From the NCBI GenBank assembly GCA_016748015.1, contig JAAOMT010000528.1:1-52272 (forward strand): 52,272 nt of DNA, in the 5' to 3' direction. The notes beneath the pieces are model-generated. The model ran no database searches, had not been told where the DNA came from, and saw only the letters and a list, made by a program, of their open reading frames with translations. The number at the start of each line of letters is the position of its first letter. The stretch's first letter is position 1. This document shows, in pieces, positions 38,166-51,514 of this stretch. A program made the translations under genes and the position numbers. The DNA comes from Geosiphon pyriformis uo1. Taxonomy: Eukaryota > Fungi > Glomeromycota.

Positions 38166-40240
38166 TTTTATTTATTAAATTTAATAAAAAAATAAAAATA
38201 ATATTAAAGATAAAAATAAAAATAAAAATTAAGCTAAAAATATAAATAAAATTAGAATATTTTAAGATTATTAAATATAAAAGCTTAATATTATTGTTTT
38301 TTTTTTAAAAAAGTTTTTAAATAAATTTGGTCAAAAAAAATATTATAAACAATATAAATTTTATTTAAATATTTATTTAAAAACAAGTTTTAAAAGTTTT
38401 AATAAAAAACAAAAATTATTATAGTAAATATAAATAATTATTTATATAATAAAAAATAAAATAAATTTTGACAACTTTATAAAAAAAACTACTTTTATAT
38501 TATAAATTTTAATTATTATTTTTTAATAAGTAAAATCTAAATACAGCTTAGTATAATATATTAAATAACTTAATTTAAACTAAGTATAAATTATGTATTG
38601 TTTATATATAACTAATTATTCAATCAGTTAAAACAATACTATAGTTTTATATTAATATTTAAAAAAAATAAACATAAGTTATACATATTAAATCTAATAT
38701 TAAAATTTTTATTTAGATTCAATATTATTAAAAAACAAGATTAATAAACTGATAATATTAAAAGTTAAAAAACTATTATATAAAATTAAATCATTTTTTT
38801 TCAATAAAACTTTGTACTTAACATATACTAACCCAATTTTATTATTGTAAGTTATATTAAAATTATGTACAAAATTTACAATTTTGTTAATAGCAATCTT
38901 AATATTTTTAAATATAATAAAAAGCTTTTAAATACCAATCTTTGAACATAAAACTTTTATTCAAAACAGTATATAACATAATACTTAAATTACATATTAA
39001 AAGCAATTAAAAAAACACAAAACACAAACAGATATATATTTTTATAATTTGGTATAAACATTTAGCAAATATCAACAAATAGCAAAATTTATTATATAAA
39101 TAAATAAATAATTTAAAAATTTAATTTTATTATAATACAAACACAAAATGCTTAAATAATTTCAATTAAACAAATATTTACAAACAGTTACAGATAAATA
39201 ATAATACAATGTTTTCATAAAATATGTATATAAATTCATAGTTTTATTATTTATATATTTAGCAATTATATAAGAATCAAAATACCAAATTAAAAAAAAT
39301 CAAACCTAATTAATGTTTTTTAATAAAAAATTATCTACAATAATAGTACCAGAATCTACTTTTTATTGTGTATAATAAACAGATTAAAAAATATTAAAAA
39401 CAAAATAACAAATATTAAACTAAAAAATATTATAAACAAAATAACAAGTATTGCTAAAAACAATAACTTTTTTAATTATATTATAAATTTAAATATATAG
39501 ATAACAAAAAAAAATAATTAAAAATAACAAAAATAATATAAAAAATTCAATTAAAAAGTAAATTAAATTTGTAAAAATTATAACTATTTAATTTTTTTGA
39601 AAAATTTAAAACTTAAATATATAAATATAATTAAAATAAAAAATTAAATAAGTATTTAAATAAAATAAAAAAATTAGTTTTTTTAATTTATATAGCTTTT
39701 AATATAAGTTTAAATTACTGATTATATATAAAAAATGTGTAAGTAATATTTTTGTTACATATTTTTAATTAAATTTAATTAATACATATAAATAACATTA
39801 TTAAATTTGTTTTATTTACAAATTAAAATTTATAAACTTTTATTTAATTAGTTAAATTAATCTAAAGTTACATATATATATACAAAATAAGATTAAAAAT
39901 ATATTTAATACTAATTTATTTTAAATAATATTAACTTAAATTTTTAAAACTTACAATTATTTTTATTTTAAAATTATGAAAAAAATTTTATTCAATATTA
40001 AATATATAAAACAATAAAAATGTTATTTTAACAAAACAAAAATAATTTAATAAATATTATATAATATAATAATTATTAAAAAACAATTATATTATATAGA
40101 CATATGACAGAGTTATAATTTAATAATAGCAAGTTTGTTACTTAAATATTAATAAATCAAAGATTTAAAATATTATTGACACAAACCAAACATATATTAA
40201 ATCTATATCTTTCCAAACTATAACAAATACACAAAAAATC

Positions 40241-41883
40241 ATGTCTGCTGTTAAAGATATTAAATGTCAATTAGAGATAATTACAACTTATTATGAAAAA
40301 ACTAAAGAAGTTTATGAAGAGTGAAAAAAAAATAGGTTAGAAAAATTAAAGAGGAAGCTAAAAAAAAGAGAGCAGAAGAACAATAATATAAAAGCAATAT
40401 GGATAAAAGATAAAAAAAATCTGGCAGAAAAAACAAATAATTTAAAAATAAAAAAGAATAAATGGAAGATGCAGGTACAAAAATTACAAAATATGTTAAT
40501 AGATAATGACTTCATAATTTGTGACTTAGACTTTAAAGACAGTATTTATAATTTTGAATAATAATTCTGACTTATGTGTATTGTATTTGTAATTTCAATG
40601 TTCTTAAATATTGTTTTATTTATAAAACTTAAGCATTTTCCAAAAAGATTATGCAATAGTATTGTACTTTTTAACACAGATTTATATATTAATGTTGATA
40701 ATTTCTTAGTTTTTAAACAATTTCAACAATAGAGACTGACAAAACTAAATTTCTATGTGAGAATTTTATTTAGCTATTTGATATTCTGCCAACTTATACT
40801 GGCCAGTTGGTAGATTTTATTAATGTGCCTCTTTTGTTAAAGCTTTCTATAGTTAATTACTCAGACTTGGGAAAAGTATGTGATTTTTATATTAACTGTT
40901 CTTAATCTATTTATAATTGACAATATTATCTTATTTTAACAACTATTAGTTTGTATAACTTGGTAACTCTATCTATTTTAATAAAATAGATAAAGAGAAT
41001 GAATTAACATTAATGATCAAGAATGCACTCTCTGAAACAAGTTTTATTTAAATTAAAACCAAAATAAAGCTGATTACATATATAGATATTTTAATCACAT
41101 ATTTTCTAAGATTACTTTGCAATAACTTTAATTTTCAAATTAAATTTTCTTGTAATATAACTAAAAAGTATGTTTTTATTTTGTATTCTGTTCTTGGTGT
41201 TTATTAGTTTTTGTTTCTATGTCTAACATTAATTTTATACTTTATTTTCTAAGAAAATATACAACACAATTAAAAATATTAGATCTGATCTTTTTGGATA
41301 TGTTAAAGATGTAATAATAATAAAAAATAAAAAAAAAACTGCACAAATTGATTTTGAAACTGCCAAAAAAAGCTTATATATAAGTTTAACAAGCTTAATT
41401 TATTATATTTCAAGAATATTTAATATTTAATTTGTTTTGCTATAGCAAAGAACATTATATGCTTTTATGTAATTAATAGTTCTAACAAGACATTGGTTCC
41501 ACTGTTTACAAAACTTTATCTGTATAATCTTAAAGCTTGATATACATTTGTCAAGATATGTATCAATATTGTTCATATTCTTAAAACTATGATTACAAAA
41601 AATGCCTTTTCTACTAAAGTAATCTCTCTTGGTAAGTTAGACCTTAAACATTCTAAAATTACTTTTTTTGAAAATCATGTCAACAAAGTTGTTCTGAAAA
41701 GTGAATTTTATGACTTAAAAAAAGACTGCAAATATGTTGATATATTAAAAAACATGTACAAATTTGCCAAAAATTATTATAAATTCATTTAGATTTTTAA
41801 AACACTATTCTTTAAAGCTGATTAGAAAAATCCAAAAAAATATATAATCAAACTAAAAACATGTGGCCTTGAATACTTACTGG
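40241..41883 (+). pseudogene. Crinkler-like (coiled coil + REase-like, probably kinase-fused) pseudogene cut by gypsy element A
   Basis: Coiled-coil N-terminus MSAVKDIKCQLE...; IRSDLFGYVKDVIIIKNKKK (decayed RPD...KGEEK, ~41278); LICFAIA; ITFFENHVNK; KLKTCG immediately before the LTR start at 41884. Confidence 0.5.
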
Positions 41884-42788
41884 TATTATTCATAAAAATT
41901 AGAAATATTATAGTTAGAAAAATAGCCAATCAAAAATAAGTATAATAACAGAGAAATTTCAAGCTTTTTTTAAAGAAATTACAAAATTTTAAAATCCCAG
42001 AATTTCAGAATTCTTTGTAAAAAATCGCAGGATTTCAGAATCCCAGAATTGTAGAATTCCTTTGAAAAAATTACAAGAATTTTAGGAATTTTATATAACA
42101 CCAACTATGTATATATAACAGTAACATTAAAAATGAGAAAAAAAAGAATCCAGTTCTAGTTTAACATTCTTTTTTTTATATATTAAATAATCTTTCTTTT
42201 ACAGATAATTGTTATAAACTGAAGTGAATTTGCCAAATATTTAATAAACATACTTATTATTATTCAATTTATGTTATTGTTTTTTGATTAAAAGCTCTAC
42301 TACTCATTTGTTATTAACACTCTATATTGATAATATCTAATACTTAACCACATTAAAACAATAGTTTTTGATTACAACTATTAATGAAATACTAATTTCT
42401 TATTTTTTTTTATTTTTTTTGTTGTGTTGTTTACTAATTAATTGAAGAATTAAATGTATAAAATTATTAATGTCAAAAGAACTGGTAAAAAACCCAAAAA
42501 TAAAAATAGACACTTGAAATTTAAAGATAGTTTACTAGAAAACTGGCTATTAAGCTGGAAAAAAAATTGACAGAAGAATCTTTCAAGAAACTATGAACAA
42601 CAAAGTATATCAATTTGAGAATTAAGAAAAAAATCAGAAACATCACAAAAAAATATTACTATTAAATCTTTGTTTATTATACAAAAAACCTAACCAAAAC
42701 TTTTAAATATTACTAACATACACCAACTATTAAGCATCAAGCTATGAGTTTGTTATTAATCCAACTATTTAAATAATTATCTATAATA
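41884..42788 (+). repeat. 5' LTR of element A
   Basis: Ends TATTATTCATAAAAA...TATAATA (decayed TGTTAC...GTAACA). Homologous to 48381-49149 and to the reverse complement of 50604-51414. Confidence 0.75.
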
Positions 42789-45648
42789 TTTGGTGCTTTT
42801 TGTGAAGTATAATTCAGCAAAAAACCAGCATTAGCAACAACTATTCAAAACAGTGGCAGAATTAAAAAAACTAGGGACAAATTACTTGGGATTTATGAAA
42901 GCTTTATTCTGATACTATCAAACTCACTTAAGATTAACAAATAACTATTGGCCAGCAGAATTAACTTTCAATTTCTACATCAACAAAAAAATCAAATCTC
43001 ATTTAGAAAACCAAAAAAATCTGGAAGCAGTACTTACCAACTTTTATAGTAAATTACTTCAGAGCATTACACTTTCACAAAATTATTTGTTCATATCAAT
43101 AATTACAGAAATCAATAAAAAAATTAAAAAACACACCAGACAAAAATTTTCTATTACTTTTTTAAACAACAAAAAAAAATTACAAACACTAACAGAAATA
43201 CCAAAAAACATACAACTACTTACATAAAAGAAACCAAGAATAGTTTTATCTATTTACTAATCATACTATTATACACCAGAAAATACTATCAACATAATAT
43301 CAATAAGTACATCCACATTGACTGTGAATATACTATTGGCAAGGATAACATTCTAAAGCCAACAAGAAAAAAGCAATTTATTGAGAACATATAGCAATTT
43401 TTTGAAGAATTTAAATTGCAATCACCAATACCATCAAAATTTCAATCACTGCCATCTCAATCTAATTTTAGAGCCACTAATCTTTGGAAAATAACCAACT
43501 CAGAAGAAAAAGAAAACAAAGATCAGAAATTTAATTATCAAAATCTGATCTTAAAAAACCTGAAAATTCAAACTTTGATTGTTTTAACTCAGCAAAATCA
43601 AAACAATTTAAACTCCACTCTTATTGTTTCTCAAAACTTATCTCCAATAATCATAATCAATTTATCATCAGTTGCATCAATTGTCAAACTTTAACAACAG
43701 TTATAATCATTTTAACAACAATTTCAACCACAACTACAACAACAATCAATAATAGCACTAATGGCATATGCTTCTATTGTCAAGTTAGAAAAGTTTACTA
43801 GTAAAGAAAACAGTATCCAAATTTGGCTTAATAATGTTGCTAAAGCAATTACTACTAATAATTGAAACAATGTTAGAGCCCTACAAGCTATTCTATACTT
43901 TTTATAAGATATTGTTAATTTATAATATCAGAGTTTGATCAACAAATCTGTTATCTTCAATGCATTTAAAAAAGAATTTTTGAGATATTTTAGCAATAAA
44001 ATTCACCACCATTAAACAAGACAATACAAAAGTAGTCACTATTTACCTAGAATACTTTTATAGAATTCTATGTCAAATACAAGCCATTAATACAAATTAT
44101 TTTACAGAACCACAGATTTTGAACCAGTTTATTCATGGTCTATGCAGTAGTATTCTACAATACATATATTCTCTATACTTACAAACACTTCAAAATACAG
44201 TTATTTATGTCAGAAATATCGAATCTACTAAGCTGGAAGCCAACTATGCTCAAGCCATTAATTTAGTAATGAATAGATTATCTAATTTGAATTCTAAATT
44301 AAAGCAGTTCAATAATTCAATCAATTAGAAACTTAAAAGGTATTTAGCTAACAATTAAGCAATTTATCAACCTTAATAATATTACAAAAATCCAGGAAAT
44401 TCCAACCATTTTTAACAATATTCATGTTTATCATTATCATTAAATTAATAGTAACAAATAAAAATGCATAATTGCTACCACTATAATAAACAAAGCCACT
44501 TAAAAATAGATTGTTACTTTAAAAATAATAATTAATAATTGGAAAATCAATATTAAAATTCTGATCACAGATTTTAAATCTGAACTATACCAGTAATCAA
44601 GCATCTAAACAATACTAATATCAGCTGAATTACACTTAAATACCACAGTTAATTTATCAGCCACCAATTTATCAAACACTAACACCAGTAATTTATCAAT
44701 TACTCCAACTTCAAATTATTTATTAATCCCAACCAAATCAGAATCAATTTCAGAACTTATCTCAAAATGAAAACCAAAAACCAAAAACTACTTAAATCTA
44801 CCAGAATTGGTAATCAGCAATGGTAATGAACTAACTAATCCCCAGTTTAACAGCCTAATAATCTGAATTATGGCAACCAAATTCTGGAACCAATTATGCC
44901 CAATACTATTTAAGTCTCTTAGTATTTTCAGAAATTGTTACACCCAATCCATTAGAAACCAATTAAGAACAAAGTATATCTACTAACAACATTCTATTAG
45001 CTACCATTATTAAAGACAAATTACTTATAGCAATATTTCTATTTGAAATAGAAAAGTCAACAATAACATCTTTATTTAGTAGAGTCATTCTTAATACTAA
45101 ATATATTACAGCAATGTACACAGATATTAAAGTTAATGATCATTATATTAAGATAATCTTTAATAATGATTCAGTAAACAGCATTATTATACAACAATTC
45201 ATGAACATTTTAGATTGCCAAGTTGATCATGCTGCCAGCATCAGAATTATTATCATAGATAGAGTAATAAAAACACTTATTGGTGAAATTAATAACTTTT
45301 TATTTGAAGTTAATAACATTACAACACTTATCAAAGTTCTTGTTATAAAAGTCACTCAGTACTAAGTATTAATTAGTAATAATGGGCTGTTTAAAACAAA
45401 TACAGTATTCGATTAAACCATACAAAAGCTATAGCTCAGTCAGAATAATTGGCATATTTAAGTACCTGTTACTAGTAGCCATTTCTGAACAAACACTACC
45501 ATCACTAATTGAATTAGAAAAAAAAGAAACCAAATCAATTTGAGAAGTCTACCAAGTCTTGTGGACTAAAGAAAATCACAACATCACACTTTTAGATCTT
45601 TTTATAAAACAAAAACTTAAATAGTTTAGTAATAATAATAAAAAAATT

Positions 45649-45969
45649 ATGCCAAAACACATGCATAATACTGATACAGGGTTTGATCTCAAATATTTAA
45701 GAAAAACAGTCATTAAATTGAAATTACATTCATGCACTAGTATTAATCTGAAAATAGCATTGGAAATTTTGACAACAATAATGGTTCAGTTAGCATCAAA
45801 ATCTAGTTTAGTAAAAAAAGGGATTAATATTAAAGGAAGAATAATTGATGCAAAATATATGAGAAATATTATTGCAATACTACAAAATAATTCAGAAAAA
45901 GAATATATTATTAAACTAAATGAAAAGATAGCACAGACAATATTTTTATATCTGGTTAAAATAGCTTAA
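45649..45969 (+). pseudogene. dUTPase domain within gypsy pol
   Basis: HNTDTGFDLKY (motif 1), ASKSSLVKKGI (motif 2), GRIIDAKYMRNI (motif 3) and EKIAQTIF (motif 4). Confidence 0.85.
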
Positions 45970-48380
45970 TTAAGCTAATAAAAACAAAGAAAAAGTTAGA
46001 AATTACAACAAAAGAAAAAAATGAATTTAGATCAATAAGTAAAATAAATATATTGGTTAATATGACAAAAAAAAAACTATTAATAAGGAAGAAATTATTT
46101 CCACCTACCAATTAGTTTCTATTTTACCATATGAACAGTATATATTAATATTAGAAAAAAAAGTAAGAAACCAGCCCCAGATTTTTGAAGTAGAACCAAA
46201 TATTTGTGAATTAGGGAAGATTGGAATTACCAATTTCTATATACCAGCCAAAAAAAATAAATACATTAAAATTTCTATCTATAATATAACTGAAAACACT
46301 ATTAAAATACCAAATAGAACTATTATTAGATATTTAAACACTTAAATTGAGTACTAATCACCAAATATTATTCAAAATTTTGTACAACTATGTAGATATG
46401 TGGATATGTGAATATTATATCACAAACAATATATGAATAAGAAGAATGCTATTTGTTTTAATCAGAACAATTAAAAAAAATGAACTTAGGAAACTTAAAT
46501 TTATTTCAACATTTGTAACTCAAGATACTACTTAACAACTTTACTAACATCTTTACAAGTGAAAATAAATTTGGCAGAACTGATATTATTCAATACCAAA
46601 TCAAAACTGAAAATACAATTCCAATTAAACAAAGAGCATATAAAGTACTACCAGCCAGTTATAAAATCATCCACAGAAAATCAACAAAATATTTGACAAT
46701 AAGTTAATTCAATTATTAATAAACCTAAGATTATTACCAGTAATATTAGTTTAGAAAAAAAATAGAAAAATCTGCTTTTGTGTAAATTATAAAAACCTCA
46801 ACAGTGTAATTTGAGAAGATAACTATTTAACTCTACAGATTCAAAAATTATTTGATGCATTTGGAGGAAAAAAATGGTTTTCAACATTAGATCTAAATAG
46901 TGATTACTAACAAGTAGCCATAAATTCAACCAACAAAAAAAAACAGCATTTACAACCAGAAAAAAGAATTTAGAATTTAATATTATGTTATTTGGCTTAA
47001 TAAATATACCAGATACTTTTTAATAACTTATGAAAATTATTTATATTAGACTACTATAAAAATTAGTAGTAATATACTTGGATAACACCAATGTGTTTTT
47101 CAAAACATTTAACAATTATCTTTACTATCTTTAACAAGTGTTTGAAAAACTTAAAAAAGCCAGACTAAAATTGAATGCTACAAAATGCTTTTTTAACAAA
47201 ACAAAACTAAAATTTTTAAGATATATTGTGAGCAAAAATGGCATTAAAACGGATCCAGACAAGATTAAGATTGTTAAAAACTTTTTAGTATTGACAAATT
47301 ACACAGAATTAAGAATATTCTTAGAATTTGCTAAATATTATTGTTGTTTTATCCAGAACTTTTCTAAACTGGCTCAACCACTCTACCAGTTCTAAGCCAA
47401 AAATATAAAATATAAATAAATTGAAATTCAACAAGAAGCTTTTGATATTTTGAGAAAAAAATTTATTTAAGCCTTAATACTAATCTATTTAGATTACAGC
47501 AAACTATTTATTATTATTACTGATGTATTAGATCAAGCATTGAGAGCCATACTGTCTCAAAAAAAACCAGATAAAAGAGAACACTCAGTAACATACACCA
47601 GCCAAAGCTTAAGCCCAACTAAAAAAAAACTATGAAACTTCAACACTAGAATATTTGGTTATTTATGGAACTGTTATTAAATAAAAAGAATACTTGAGTC
47701 AAAAGTTTAATGTATAGTGATTACAAAAAATTGACATCAATCCAGAAACAAAAATTTGGAGATAACTGTTATACAAAATAGAAAATAAAACTTTCACTAT
47801 TTAACTATACAGTACATTATAAAAAGAAAAAAAAATAAAAATACTGATAGTTTGTTACAAATAAGACAAATCTAAGAATATTTTAACCCAAAAAATATTA
47901 CAAAAAAATGAACACACAAAAATATTAACAACTTCAATATTATATTAATACTCAATAATTCAAAAAAAAATTATCTTAAAAAAAACAAAATATTATAAAA
48001 CAACAAGTAAAATATTTTATCACTTATCAAAATATATTATATTAAAAGAACAGAAAATATCCAGATTAGCCATTCAAAGTCATCAAAGAACCAGAGAAAG
48101 AAACAATACTATTCAATATGCACTCAAACCCAACAACAGAATATTTTCATAAAGAAACAACCATAGAAAAAACCAGAAAAAAATACTATTAGCTATTAAT
48201 ATATTCAAACATCATCCAATATGTTCAAAATTGTAATGCTTGTTAAAAAAAAGAAGAAATAAGACTCAGTGAACCACTAAGACTAATTAAGGTAAGACAA
48301 CTATTTGATTAAATTGAAATTAACTTAGTTAGATTATTAACAATAATCAACAAAAACAATTATTATATAGTAATAATCAT

Positions 48381-50603
48381 TATTACTCATAAAAAAAAAA
48401 CAGATATAGAAAATAATAGACCAATAAGCGAATAATAGTTAGCACATGAGCATATTGTTCAGCAATGTGGAGTAATGTCAAGAAGATATGACACATTGCT
48501 TAACAATATGAGTATTGCTTGAAAAATTATAGCACATCACTCAAGAATGTAAGCAATCTTGTAAAACCCAAATTATGTATATATAGCAGTAGTGCTAAAA
48601 GTAGAAAGAACAGAATCTAGTAGTTAAAAACCTTCCATATCACAAATATCAATAAATAATTATTCATTATCTCAATCCACTCTTCACTATCAACACTTCA
48701 TGTTGATAGTAATTGATACTTAACTCCACTGAAACAATAGCTTTTGATTATGGTTATTGACGGAATACTAACTTGTGTATTGCCTTGGCTCATTTTTTTA
48801 TTTTATTTTTTTTCTTTCTTTGATTTTATTGTTGTATACTAATCGATTAAAAATTAAAGTGCTGAAACACAGACATTATAGGGACTGGTAAAAGACCCAT
48901 AAAACAAGGGTAAAACACTCATAAATTGGAGGATAGCTTATCAAAAAGATTACTGGCCATTACACTGAAAAAGAAATTTAACAAAACTGCAGTTTTGAGA
49001 AGCTACGGATAAAATCATCAATTAATTCTCTGTTCATTATACAAAAAACTCCACAACAAAACCTTCAGATATCAACTCCAGAATACCAACCAAGCACCAA
49101 GTTACAGATTTGTTATTTGACTTGAGACCCCAAATAATTATCTGTAACATTTGGTGCTTCCTGTGAGGTATAATCCTACAGAAAACCAGCATCATTAACA
49201 ATCATTCAAAAGTGGCAGAATCAGAAATAATAAAGACAAACCATTTAGGATTCGCCAAATTCTTGTTTTAGCAATACAGTCAACAATTAAGATTGAACAA
49301 TAATTATTTTCCAGCAAAATTCGCCTTTAACTTCTATGTCAATGATAAAATCACAGACTGCTTAGAAGGAACAGTTAACATTGAATTTACAAGAGAAAAT
49401 TTCTATACAGAATTATTTCAACATACCAGCTTGCCAAGAAACTACAGTTTTGCATCAATCATCAGGGAAATCAATCAAATTATTGAAAGATATACACAAC
49501 AACAATTTCCAATTACCTATACAGACAAAGAAAAAGGAAGACAACAAACACCAGTAGTAATACCAAAACAGATACAACCATCTATTTGGAAGAAAACCAG
49601 AGTTGAATCACCAACAAACTCATTATATCATTATATGCCTAGAAGTGCTATCAATATCTTATCAACAGATGCATTTACATCAAACGCAACATCAACCTTT
49701 GGATGCTTTCTGTTTTAAAATAAACAAAGAAAAGCAAAGTTATTAGAACTATATGGCAATTATTTTGAAGGATTTAAATTGTGATTACTAATACCATCAG
49801 GATTCTAATTACTATTATCTTAACCAGATTTTGGAAATGCGAGTCCCTAGGAGATAATAGAATCAGAAAAAGAAGAAGAAGAAGAATCTGAAGATCAAGC
49901 ATTTACTTACCAGAACCCAATCACTGAAAACCTGGAAATTGAAACTCTGGATTTTCAAACACAGCACAATCAGGACAATCGAAACTTTGAAACAATTAAT
50001 CAGCAAAACTTATCTCTGGTAATCATCATCAATCAACCACCAATTGAACCAATTATTAAATTGATCCAATAGCAGCTACTTCAACCACTCTAACAACCAC
50101 AATAGCTGCTTCTACCACCACAACAACAACTTCAACAACCACCACAACAATAACAAATTGTAGCACTGATGGCATATGCTCCTATTGCCAAACTTGAAAA
50201 ATTCACCAGTGAAGAGGACAATGCCCAAGTGTGGCTAAACAATGTGGAGAAAGTCATTGCAGCCAACGGATGAGATGACACCAGAGTTATGCAAGTTATT
50301 TCTTACTTCCTCCAAAATACCACCAATTCATGGTATCAAAGCCTGGTCAACAAACCTCAAGATTTCAATGCATTCAAAATTGAATTTTTAAGATACTTTA
50401 GCAACAATAACAGTATTAACAGGCTAGTCAACACTTTCACTACCATCAAGCAAGGAGAAAATGAAGCAGTCACTACTTACTTAGGATGCTTTTATAGGAA
50501 TCTGCACCAAATTCAAGCAATACAGGCTGACTATTTTACAGTATCATAAATCCTAAACCAATTTATTAAAGGTCTGTACAGTAGTATCCTTCAATATGTA
50601 TGC
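48381..50603 (+). mobile_element. Ty3/gypsy element B (5'LTR + PBS + partial gag), inserted in integrase of A
   Basis: LTR TATTACTCAT(48381)...TGTAACA(49149) and PBS TGGTGCTTCCTGTGAGG. gag MAYAPIAKLEKF...WYQSLVNKPQDFNAFKIEFLRYF...KQGENEAVTTY, which ends abruptly at 50603. Confidence 0.88.
49152..49168 (+). promoter_or_regulatory. Primer-binding site of element B
   Basis: TGG-starting sequence 2 nt after the LTR end, complementary to a tRNA 3' end ...CCUCACAGGAAGCACCA. Confidence 0.8.
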
Positions 50604-51514
50604 TGTTACAAATAATTATCTGTGGTATCAAGTCAAATAACACACTTATAACTTGGTGCTCAAAGCTATTCACATAGATGATAATCTAAAGAGTTTTGTA
50701 TTTGAAAGTTTTGGTTAAGTCCTTTGTATAATGAACAGAGATTCAATGATTGTTTATCCATAGCTTCCTGAAACTGTAGTTTCGTTAATTTTTTTCTCAG
50801 CTTGATGGCCAGTAATTCTCCTGGTAAGATATCCTTAAATTCGAGTGTCTACCCTTATTCCTGGGTCTTTTACCAGTGCTATATCCTGATATCAGTACCT
50901 CTGCATGATAATCCTTAATCAAGTTAATAAACAACAAAATCAAATCAAAAAAAAGAGAAAATAAAGACAAATAAAAAAAATAAGCCAAGATGGTTTGTAA
51001 GTTATTAATCCATTAATAGCTGTGATCAAGAGCTATTGTTCTAGTGTGGTTAAGTACTAATTATTATCAACATGAAATATTAATAGTGGAGGGTAGATTG
51101 AGATAGAGAATAATTATTTATTTGATATTGGTGATGTGGAATATTGCTTAGATTAAATCTAAACTGAGAGGTCTGTCTTTTCAATTTTTAATACTACTGT
51201 TATATATACATAATTGAGATTCTTTAATTCTTCAATTTTTTATGACAGAAATTCTAGAATTCCTGGAATCCTGCGATTTTTCATGTGAGAATCCTGCAAT
51301 TTTTGGAATCTTGCAATTTCTTTGAGAGGAATTCTGGAATTCCATATTTATTATGTCTACTTCTAATTGGCTAATAATTATACTAATATGTTTCTTATAT
51401 TTTTATGAGTAATATTATTTTCTTCTTTTAATATTGAGTTTTTTTGAAATCTAGTTCTTTTAATTCTTTCTTTTGAAGTATTTTCTGAATTTGAGTTGAG
51501 AATTACTTGTGTTA
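50604..51514 (-). mobile_element. Ty3/gypsy element C: 3'LTR + PPT + ~100 bp of internal sequence, antisense in gag of B
   Basis: The reverse complement reads purine tract AAAAGAAGAAAATAA, then TATTACTCATAAAAA (51414)...ATAATTATTTGTAACA (50604). It is colinear with LTR B, and no PBS follows. Confidence 0.82.

Larger units (their letters stand above)
41884..48380 (+). mobile_element. Ty3/gypsy LTR retrotransposon A (decayed; 5'LTR-gag-PR-dUTPase-RT-RNaseH-partial IN)
   Basis: 5'LTR 41884-42788 and PBS 42791-42807. gag MAYASIVKLEKF (43761), knuckle CYHYNKQSHLKIDC (~44473), protease IIFNND (decayed LILDSG, 45114-45365) and dUTPase (45649-45969). RT YLDN (~47075) and LKLNATKCFF; RNase H TDVLDQALRAILSQ (~47518); integrase H..H..CNAC (48120-48243). 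It is cut just after the first catalytic strand of integrase. Confidence 0.9.

Noticed and set aside
38650-40050. Possible LINE endonuclease remnant
   Set aside because: Only vague motif echoes in extremely AT-rich sequence.
48381-49149. LTR B as the 3' LTR of element A
   Set aside because: It interrupts integrase, has no upstream PPT, and is followed by a PBS and gag.
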